From: an uncultured virus (IMG/VR IMGVR_UViG_3300025391_000491) | Lineage: Duplodnaviria > Heunggongvirae > Uroviricota > Caudoviricetes | Length of the DNA stretch: 61,771 nt | IMG/VR virus record: IMGVR_UViG_3300025391_000491 | Direction: 5' to 3' (one strand) | Part shown: positions 10,787-17,966 of the stretch, piece after piece | Layout of the letters: every line of letters starts with the position of its first letter | How positions within the stretch are numbered: position 1 is the first letter of the stretch | Notes under the pieces: model-generated | Told to the model about the DNA's origin: nothing | Database searches by the model: none | What the model saw: only the letters and a program-made list of their open reading frames with translations | Position numbers and translations under genes: made by a program

Positions 10787-11133
10787 TGCGCATGAGAGAA
10801 ATATTTGAGGGCAACGACGTCAGCTCTCAAAAACTACTGGCCTTGAGTCAGTTCTTGGCTGGTCGAGCCAACGATCAAAATGCCCAAAAACAGATCAGCA
10901 CTGACGCTTTTATCCAGGCTGCCAAAAGTCTAGGAGTAGAACTCAATGCCAACAATCTTTCTGATTACCTGCAACAAGAACCGCTCAAGGACATACTTGA
11001 GCCCATGGATCCGGGGTCGGATGTGATACGTTTTGTTGGCAACCCTGCCGGTGGAGATGTGGGCATGCCGGTAGACCAGGCCCGAGCCGTGGTAGACAAA
11101 AACGCCAAGGCAGCTCTAAAAAGACGCACCTAA
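10786..11133 (+). CDS. hypothetical protein
   Basis: Coupled ORF with MRMREIFE N-terminus. Confidence 0.6.
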   Translation: MRMREIFEGNDVSSQKLLALSQFLAGRANDQNAQKQISTDAFIQAAKSLGVELNANNLSDYLQQEPLKDILEPMDPGSDVIRFVGNPAGGDVGMPVDQARAVVDKNAKAALKRRT

Positions 11134-11137
11134 ATGG

Positions 11138-11166
11138 TTGACAATCTGTTATAAGTATACTACACT
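11138..11166 (+). promoter_or_regulatory. sigma70-like promoter
   Basis: TTGACA-17 bp-TACACT upstream of the secreted protein/ompA genes. Confidence 0.55.
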
Positions 11167-11185
11167 TATACACTAGGAGTTGACC

Positions 11186-11491
11186 ATGAAAAAACTTATT
11201 GCAACAGGTATTCTAACACTCGCTGTGACCAGTTCACTACCAGCTGAAGCACATTGGCGCAACGGTTGTTGCTATCGCGGTTACAGTGGCTGGGTGGCGC
11301 CGGCCTTGATTGGTGGTGTGATCGGTTACGAACTGTCGAGACCCTATTACTATGCTCCGCCGCCAGTGGTACTAGTTCAACCGCCGGTAGTGGTTCAACA
11401 ACCGACTCCGGTTGATCCCCCAGGATATCATTGGCAACAGATGACAGATCCACAAACTGGCCAAAGCAAAATGGCCTTGATACCAAACTAA
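11186..11491 (+). CDS. secreted proline-rich protein
   Basis: Signal peptide MKKLIATG..AEA and YYAPPPVV repeats. Confidence 0.65.
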   Translation: MKKLIATGILTLAVTSSLPAEAHWRNGCCYRGYSGWVAPALIGGVIGYELSRPYYYAPPPVVLVQPPVVVQQPTPVDPPGYHWQQMTDPQTGQSKMALIPN

Positions 11492-11499
11492 AGGAAATT

Positions 11500-12087
11500 A
11501 TGAAATCGTTATTGTTAGCATTATTAGTAGTAACAGGGGCCGCACAAGCTTCTAACAACTGGACCGGACTAGCTGGTCCAGTGACCAATTCCACTGGATT
11601 ATGCTGGAGAAACAGTGCATGGACACCGGCCACAGCCGAAACCAACTGCGACGGAGCCACACAGCCAGCGATCACAAAATCTGCCGAGCCTGTTGTTGTG
11701 CCCAAAGTTGAAAAATCAGTCGCAATCGTGCAATTGCCTCCAGTGACATATTTGGCACAGTCCTTGTTCGATTTTGACCGTGCCGTGATCAAACCACAAG
11801 GTCTTCACACTCTTGATCAATTGGTAAAACGGTTAAAATCGGTCCATGTTGACAGCGTGATCGTGGTGGGACACACCGACAGTGTGGGCACCGATGCTTA
11901 CAACATGCGATTGGGGCAACGACGAGCTCGAGCAGTGGCTGATTATCTGATCGGGCAAGGCATAGAGGCCAATCGTGTGTTTGCTGACAGCAAAGGCGAA
12001 CGCGAGCCAGCTAGCACCAACAGCACAGCATATGGTCGTTCCATGAATCGACGAGTGGTTGTAGAAGTCTACGGAACAGCCGACTGA
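11500..12087 (+). CDS. ompA: OmpA-family peptidoglycan-binding protein
   Basis: Signal peptide. LFDFD, GHTDSVGTDAYNMRLGQRRA, NRRVVVEV motifs. Confidence 0.9.
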   Translation: MKSLLLALLVVTGAAQASNNWTGLAGPVTNSTGLCWRNSAWTPATAETNCDGATQPAITKSAEPVVVPKVEKSVAIVQLPPVTYLAQSLFDFDRAVIKPQGLHTLDQLVKRLKSVHVDSVIVVGHTDSVGTDAYNMRLGQRRARAVADYLIGQGIEANRVFADSKGEREPASTNSTAYGRSMNRRVVVEVYGTAD

Positions 12088-12176
12088 TGGCCTATTCAGA
12101 AAAGTTACTCGATCATTATGAGAATCCACGCAATGTGGGTTCTTTTGCCAAAGACGAGGAAGGCATAGGCACCTGA
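12087..12176 (+). pseudogene. iscU: orphan 5' fragment of iscU (29 codons)
   Basis: Reads MAYSEKLLDHYENPRNVGSFAKDEEGIGT*, paralleling the N-terminus of the intact copy at 12842. Confidence 0.85.
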
Positions 12177-12252
12177 ATTAAAAAACGTGTATAATCTTAA
12201 TATAGGCATTTATAAATGACCACATACAGGTACTCCAAGACTAAATACTTAT

Positions 12253-12852
12253 ATGAAAAGCAAGTATGGTTTAATTAAAAAATGTCTTCATTGTAACCAA
12301 GATTTTGAAACAAAACCTAGATACTTAGAGTATTGTTCAACTCCTTGTAAAAATCCAATCAATCGTCCTGGAAACACTGCTTGGAATAAAGGTATTAAAC
12401 TTACTAACGAACAAAAGTCTAAATTAAATATCGAAGGTCTTAAAAAAGGACACGGTTGGAATAAAGGTTTACCAAACAAAAGACAGAGTCAAAAATGGAA
12501 AGAAAATAATCCTAATGCAGACGGCAAATTAAATAATCTAAGAACTAAAAAACCTTGTAACGATGCTCTCAAACTTTATCGAGGAAAAGTTCGTTATGCT
12601 ACATATAGAACTATTAAAGAAATGAAAGTTAATAATGAGTGGGTTCCTGTGTTTGGCAAATATAAACATAGTTGGCAAATAGATCATATCATTCCTATAG
12701 TTCAAGGGTTTGAATTGGGAATAGATCCCTATTTACTTGGTAGTAAAAAAAATATACAATTTATTAAAGGTGAAGAAAACAGATCCAAGTGGGATAGTTT
12801 TCAAACTAACGATGTAATAGAGTCAATAACAGGAGAAACATATGGCTTATAG
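12253..12852 (+). CDS. free-standing HNH homing endonuclease
   Basis: CxxC..CS Zn finger, AWNKG repeats, QIDHIIP..NIQFI..ENRSK. AT-rich. Confidence 0.8.
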   Translation: MKSKYGLIKKCLHCNQDFETKPRYLEYCSTPCKNPINRPGNTAWNKGIKLTNEQKSKLNIEGLKKGHGWNKGLPNKRQSQKWKENNPNADGKLNNLRTKKPCNDALKLYRGKVRYATYRTIKEMKVNNEWVPVFGKYKHSWQIDHIIPIVQGFELGIDPYLLGSKKNIQFIKGEENRSKWDSFQTNDVIESITGETYGL

Positions 12853-14248
12853 TGATGCTGTTTTGGATCATTACGAAAATCCAAGAAATGTGGGATCGTT
12901 TAAGAAGGGTGACGAGGGTGTTGGAGTTGGACTTGTGGGGGCACCTAGTTGTGGAGATGTTTTACAGTTAAGTATAAAGGTAAATGATGTTGGAATTATT
13001 ACAGACGCCCGGTTTAAAACTTACGGCTGTTTAACTAGTAATGCTCCTGTTAATACTCCAACCTGCATTAAAAAAATAAAAGATTTAAAAATCGGCGACG
13101 AGGTGTTGGCCTGGAACGGTGAAAAAATTGTTAATCAAAAAATACAAAATATAATTAAACATTCGGTTGATGTTGATGAGTTGTTGATTATTACTTTTAA
13201 ACGCGAGACGAGTAGAAAAAATACCAATCCTGGCACCTTCTCATTAATTTGCACAAAAGAACATATATTTTGGAATGCCGATAATACACCAGTAGAAGCA
13301 CAACAACTACAAGTAGGTCAAGAGTTGTATGAAATAACCGAACACGAGTTACGAATTCTTACAAATAATAGACATCGCACAGAACTCAAACAAAAAAATA
13401 GCAATAGAATGAAAGAATGGAATCAAATTTTTGATCATTCAGTATTACCACAAAATCAATCCGGGTATGTGTGTAAAGATTTAGAAACCAAAAAGAAAAA
13501 ATCTAGGATTGCTTCTTTAAAAAATTGGAAAGATTCTGATTATGTCAAAAAATGGCAACAGGGAATGGCACGAAGAGATTGGTCTAAACCTACTAGTATT
13601 GAACAAAAATATATTGATTTATTTGAAGAAAACAATGTAGCAATAAAATGGAGTGCTGGAAAGATATGGATTCAAACTGATGCAGGACCAGCAAGCCCAG
13701 ATTTTATTGTTCCTGGTAAGAAAAAATGCATAGAAGTGTATACAAAGCGTATGCCCAAATTCATGCAAGATAGGTCAGAAGAATCAAATTATGTAGTGAA
13801 TCGTCGCAAACAGTTGGCCACAGCCGGCTACGATTCATTATTTTTAGCAATAGAAGATATTGATAAATCATTGTCAGAAGTGCAAAATTTCATTCATAAC
13901 GGAATGAAAATTGTAGATGTTTCACCAATTACTCATTTAAATCAGTTACGCGGTTGTGAAAGAGATGGAAAATCAGTTGTGGTATATGATTTAAAATTAG
14001 AGGGTGGAGCTCATGTGTTTTTCTCTAACAGAGTTGGGTCACATAATTGTGGATCGGCTATTGCATCATCCAGTCTTATCACTGAATGGGTCAAAGGGAA
14101 AACACTGGACGAAGCAGGAAGCATTAAGAACAGCCAAATTGCTGAAGAGTTGGCGCTCCCGCCCGTCAAAATACATTGTAGCATATTGGCAGAATCCGCC
14201 ATTACAGCGGCAATTGACGACTATAAGAAAAGACATAACCTAACATAG
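12842..14248 (+). CDS. iscU: Fe-S scaffold IscU interrupted by an intein
   Basis: YENPRNVG, GAPSCGDV, FKTYG|C..SHN|CGSAIAS, LPPVKIHC. The spliced product is 128 aa. Confidence 0.93.
   Translation: MAYSDAVLDHYENPRNVGSFKKGDEGVGVGLVGAPSCGDVLQLSIKVNDVGIITDARFKTYGCLTSNAPVNTPTCIKKIKDLKIGDEVLAWNGEKIVNQKIQNIIKHSVDVDELLIITFKRETSRKNTNPGTFSLICTKEHIFWNADNTPVEAQQLQVGQELYEITEHELRILTNNRHRTELKQKNSNRMKEWNQIFDHSVLPQNQSGYVCKDLETKKKKSRIASLKNWKDSDYVKKWQQGMARRDWSKPTSIEQKYIDLFEENNVAIKWSAGKIWIQTDAGPASPDFIVPGKKKCIEVYTKRMPKFMQDRSEESNYVVNRRKQLATAGYDSLFLAIEDIDKSLSEVQNFIHNGMKIVDVSPITHLNQLRGCERDGKSVVVYDLKLEGGAHVFFSNRVGSHNCGSAIASSSLITEWVKGKTLDEAGSIKNSQIAEELALPPVKIHCSILAESAITAAIDDYKKRHNLT
13028..14047 (+). mobile_element. 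intein (340 aa) with an internal Vsr/DUF559-like endonuclease
   Basis: Block A CLTSNAPV, block B CTKEHIF, block F VVYDLKL, terminal HN followed by Cys+1. Internal PDF..CIEVY nuclease motif. Confidence 0.9.
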
Positions 14249-14274
14249 AACAAATAACTTTGCTAAATAAAGTT

Positions 14275-15021
14275 ATGAATAGGTGTAAATGTGGTTGTGG
14301 AATATCACTTAGAAAAGATAATAGAACTGGATACCAAAAAGGTCATAAACCATGCCCTATTTGCGGTACACTGATAAAGGGCTCAAGTATAGAGTGCTGT
14401 TCAAAATCTTGCTCTGCTAAACTACACTGGCAAAGAAATCCAGATATGGCAGAATCTAGAACCTGGAATGCTGAACGATATGCTACTAGAGAACAGAATA
14501 GAGATACTTGGGTTAAAAACTTGTCAAATGCTTGCAAAGGTAGAACTCCTTGGAATAAAGATACGCAAGGATTACAAGTAGCGTGGAATAAAGGGTTACC
14601 TGGTAATTTTAAGGGAAAGAGGCACAGTTCTGATTATATTGAAAAAGTTAAAAAGACCAATCTTGAAAGATATGGTGTAGAAAATGTTGGACATTTTGCT
14701 AAAACTTCTCCTCGTAGTAAAAAAGAAAAATCTCTAGAAACAATTTTAATTGATTATGAGATCAATGTTAAAATTGGAAAATACAAACCAGATTATGTGA
14801 ATGAATCAACTAAACACATAATAGAAATTTATGGTGATTACTGGCATTGTAATCCAAAATTATTCAATAAAGATTTTTATCATCCTCAGCTGAAAAAGAC
14901 AGCCGAAGAAAAATGGTTATTAGATTTAACTAGACAACAGTATTTTGAATCTTTAGGATACACAGTAGAAATAATATGGGAAAGCGAATTAGATGATTAC
15001 CGTAACCGACACGGCCAGTAA
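14275..15021 (+). CDS. free-standing Vsr/DUF559-like homing endonuclease
   Basis: CKCGCG, PWNK repeats, KTNLERYGV, KPDY..IIEIYGDYWH..IIWESE. Confidence 0.8.
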   Translation: MNRCKCGCGISLRKDNRTGYQKGHKPCPICGTLIKGSSIECCSKSCSAKLHWQRNPDMAESRTWNAERYATREQNRDTWVKNLSNACKGRTPWNKDTQGLQVAWNKGLPGNFKGKRHSSDYIEKVKKTNLERYGVENVGHFAKTSPRSKKEKSLETILIDYEINVKIGKYKPDYVNESTKHIIEIYGDYWHCNPKLFNKDFYHPQLKKTAEEKWLLDLTRQQYFESLGYTVEIIWESELDDYRNRHGQ

Positions 15022-15319
15022 AAAGATTGCGCAGAATCTCCAACGCCGCGGACACGGTGTGGGTATCCGAGTGGGTGTGCGCACCACTGGGTGTTCGGGC
15101 TTGGCCTATGTGTTGGAATATATAGATGACATAACCAAGACTTCTGGGGCCATCGATCATGCTCATGACGATTTTGTCATAAGAATAGACCAACGTGATA
15201 TTGCCTATCTCGAAGGCATGACCATAGACTATGTGCGTCAAGGACTCAACGAAGGATTTGAATTCGTGAATCCCAACGAACGGGATCGTTGCGGGTGTGG
15301 AGAAAGTTTTCGCGTATGA
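14993..15319 (+). CDS. iscA: A-type Fe-S carrier IscA/HesB
   Basis: TTGCSGLAY and NPNERDRCGCGESF motifs. Confidence 0.93.
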   Translation: MITVTDTASKKIAQNLQRRGHGVGIRVGVRTTGCSGLAYVLEYIDDITKTSGAIDHAHDDFVIRIDQRDIAYLEGMTIDYVRQGLNEGFEFVNPNERDRCGCGESFRV

Positions 15320-15984
15320 AAATCTGCATAGTAGGATTTCCTAGATCTAGAAGTAGTCTTCTTTTAGAAGCTATCGGAAATCATCATGGAATACCTATTT
15401 TGGGTCAAGACTTGGAACAGATTGTTAGCTTACCTAACATAGCCCCACACTCTGAGCAGTACATGAAATTGCTGGCTGGAATACTAACCAAACCGGTTGG
15501 AGTAATAAGATTACATCCTGCTCAGCTTGCATACAAAAAAATCATCTGCGAATTTGACCTGTTTAATTTTGAACAGTACACCCACATCTATCTAACTGCT
15601 AGACGGTGTATAGCAGATGCAATCAGCAGCAATTTGGTAGCCCGCCATCTAAATATGTGGAACTACAATCAAGATAATCCGTCTCTCGAATTTGTGGAGC
15701 CTATCGAACTAACCGAGCAATATCACAAAGATGTAAAACATTATGTGTATAGCGAGCATATTATGGCCGAATTACAATCGTATTTCTTGAATAAAAATAT
15801 TAAATTCACACAGTTATACTATGAGGATATTCCAGAATTTGTTAGAGACAATCTTGGAAATACCGATGTGTCTCATGTGAAGACCAATTATCAATACAGT
15901 ACCATAATTAAAAACTACAATAGCATAATGCAGTTATACCATATCTACAAAGAACAGTTACAACAGTTGACATTGACGCAGTGA
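15316..15984 (+). CDS. sulfotransferase-like protein
   Basis: GFPRSRSSLL PAPS-binding-like loop, AISS, YYED. AT-rich. Confidence 0.5.
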   Translation: MKICIVGFPRSRSSLLLEAIGNHHGIPILGQDLEQIVSLPNIAPHSEQYMKLLAGILTKPVGVIRLHPAQLAYKKIICEFDLFNFEQYTHIYLTARRCIADAISSNLVARHLNMWNYNQDNPSLEFVEPIELTEQYHKDVKHYVYSEHIMAELQSYFLNKNIKFTQLYYEDIPEFVRDNLGNTDVSHVKTNYQYSTIIKNYNSIMQLYHIYKEQLQQLTLTQ

Positions 15985-16002
15985 TAGTGTTATAATAACA
16001 CA

Positions 16003-16719
16003 ATGTACAATCCTCGATTCAATTACCAACCCATACCCAGAGAAACTGTGGATGGTCGACGCTTGTATGCCACACCCGATGGCGGTCGACTGCCCAGCGT
16101 GACTACCATACTGGAGGCCACCAAACCTGAAGAGAAACGCCAGGCATTGCAAAACTGGCGCAATCGTGTGGGGCATACACAGGCACAGGCCATCACGACT
16201 GAAGCGGCCAATAGAGGCACCAGGATGCACAAGTATCTGGAAGATTATACAAAAACAGGTGCCATTGCTGATCCTGGATCCAATCCTTATAGCCAACAAA
16301 GCCATACCATGGCACAGACTATTATAACAAACGGTCTGTGCCACGTGAGCGAGGTCTGGGGCTATGAGGTTCCGCTGTATTTTCCTGGCATCTATGCCGG
16401 AACCACGGATGCCGCTGGTCTACATCTGTATCAACCGAGCATTCTGGATTACAAGCAGACCAACAAGCCCAAACGACGTGAGTGGATTGAGGACTATTTC
16501 TTGCAACTGTGTGCCTACGCCGAAGCGCACAATGCAGTACATGGCACCGACATACAAAAAGGTGTGGTACTCATGTGTGTCAAACCCGAGATGGATGACC
16601 AAGGTAACTTGATCACTCAGCCGCAATATCAAGAATTTGTCATTGAGGGCGCCGAGTTTGAACTGTATCGCCAGCTATGGTGGCACAGGGTTGAACAGTA
16701 CTATCTAGCGAATCACTGA
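16003..16719 (+). CDS. PD-(D/E)XK exonuclease
   Basis: LPSVTTIL, RGTRMH, AGTTD, ILDYKQ, QLCAYA motifs. Confidence 0.85.
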   Translation: MYNPRFNYQPIPRETVDGRRLYATPDGGRLPSVTTILEATKPEEKRQALQNWRNRVGHTQAQAITTEAANRGTRMHKYLEDYTKTGAIADPGSNPYSQQSHTMAQTIITNGLCHVSEVWGYEVPLYFPGIYAGTTDAAGLHLYQPSILDYKQTNKPKRREWIEDYFLQLCAYAEAHNAVHGTDIQKGVVLMCVKPEMDDQGNLITQPQYQEFVIEGAEFELYRQLWWHRVEQYYLANH

Positions 16720-16913
16720 TTGACTGGGACACCGCCCAGCACTTCGTTGCCGTCAGCATCGATGTCATTGGGTATGTCGATCTGATTGCCGCCTCGGCTG
16801 GCCACGATTCCGGCACCTACCAGTTGTTGCATCAAAAAATGCACTTTCATTTCTAGAGTTCTCATCGCTGAATCTGGATCGATTCTTTCATCTCTTTCCC
16901 AATAGCCTGCCAT
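16713..16913 (-). CDS. small hypothetical protein
   Basis: AGGAG RBS and TAAATA upstream on the minus strand. Confidence 0.5.
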   Translation of the reverse strand: MAGYWERDERIDPDSAMRTLEMKVHFLMQQLVGAGIVASRGGNQIDIPNDIDADGNEVLGGVPVNQ

Positions 16914-16979
16914 ACTGTCTCCTGTTTTGTCAGGATATTTAGCCCAAACTAAATACATCATAGACACAGAGGACAACAA

Positions 16980-17534
16980 ATGGCCATAGTACAGATCAGT
17001 CAGATCACCAATCGAAAAGGTTTACAATCAGAATTGCCGCAACTGGCTGGTGCCGAGTTTGGATGGAGCACGGACACACGTCAGCTGTTTATCGGAAACG
17101 GTACCTTGCAAGACGGTGCTCCGGTCATTGGTAATACCGAGATCTTGACCGAATACAGCAACATAGGTGCTTTGTTTTCTTCCACACAGAGTCAGTTCAC
17201 GCAAGGCAGTTACACCAGGATCAACGGTCAAACTGTGACCCTGTTGGACAACACTGGGTCCGCAACCACGTTGTTCACGATAGACACAGTGCGTACACCC
17301 ACTTTCAGTTTCGATTATTCGATTGCTAGATCAGGAGCCTATCGCGTGGGGACTTGGCGAGCGGCCGCAGCCGGATCGGCCACGCTGGCAACTGTGGATT
17401 CGGGCACTGAGAACACCAGTACCGGAGTCACGCTTGCTATCACACAGAATCTCACCACCATAACAGTAAGCTACACTACCACCAGTACCGGCAACAACGC
17501 GATACTCAACTATTCTATCTACTACCTGGCCTGA
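16980..17534 (+). CDS. virion structural protein (fibre-attachment type N-terminus)
   Basis: LPQLAGAEFGWSTDTRQLFIGNG motif typical of fibre N-termini. Confidence 0.6.
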   Translation: MAIVQISQITNRKGLQSELPQLAGAEFGWSTDTRQLFIGNGTLQDGAPVIGNTEILTEYSNIGALFSSTQSQFTQGSYTRINGQTVTLLDNTGSATTLFTIDTVRTPTFSFDYSIARSGAYRVGTWRAAAAGSATLATVDSGTENTSTGVTLAITQNLTTITVSYTTTSTGNNAILNYSIYYLA

Positions 17535-17959
17535 TGTGGTCCACCAGCTTTCCTGAGCGTTTGGCCGGGTGGAAGAATCTCCGCATGACATGCCAAGATC
17601 TGGATGCTCGGACTGCACTAGAACAAATCAATGCTTGGTGGTTTGGTACTCCGTGGCAACCGTATTATCTACACTGGGACGATGTAGAGACTTGGCCTGA
17701 TCCGTGGGCTCTTTTGAGCGATGATGTGTATTGTGATCTTGCAAGAAGTCTTGGAATCATGTATACTATAAGCATGTTGGAACGTCAGGACCTTGCCGAT
17801 GCCGAATTGATCATGTCACAAAATGGACATAATTTAGTCTCGGTCGGTCAATCAAAATATATACTTAATTGGAGCCCGGACACAGTAGTAAATACTTCCT
17901 CCGATATACAGATACAACGAAGTCTCAAATTATCCGAGATCGCACAAAAATACGAATAG
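17534..17959 (+). CDS. hypothetical, possibly transglutaminase-like cysteine protease
   Basis: YCDLARS..HNLV..YILN candidate triad. Confidence 0.4.
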   Translation: MWSTSFPERLAGWKNLRMTCQDLDARTALEQINAWWFGTPWQPYYLHWDDVETWPDPWALLSDDVYCDLARSLGIMYTISMLERQDLADAELIMSQNGHNLVSVGQSKYILNWSPDTVVNTSSDIQIQRSLKLSEIAQKYE

Positions 17960-17966
17960 AACAACA

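Noticed and set aside
12174..12930. Group I intron splitting iscU
   Set aside because: The downstream copy has its own RBS and complete N-terminus, and I could not see intron core elements.
16003..16719. Cas4 of a CRISPR system
   Set aside because: It lacks the four-Cys cluster and any array. It is an ordinary phage PD-(D/E)XK exonuclease.
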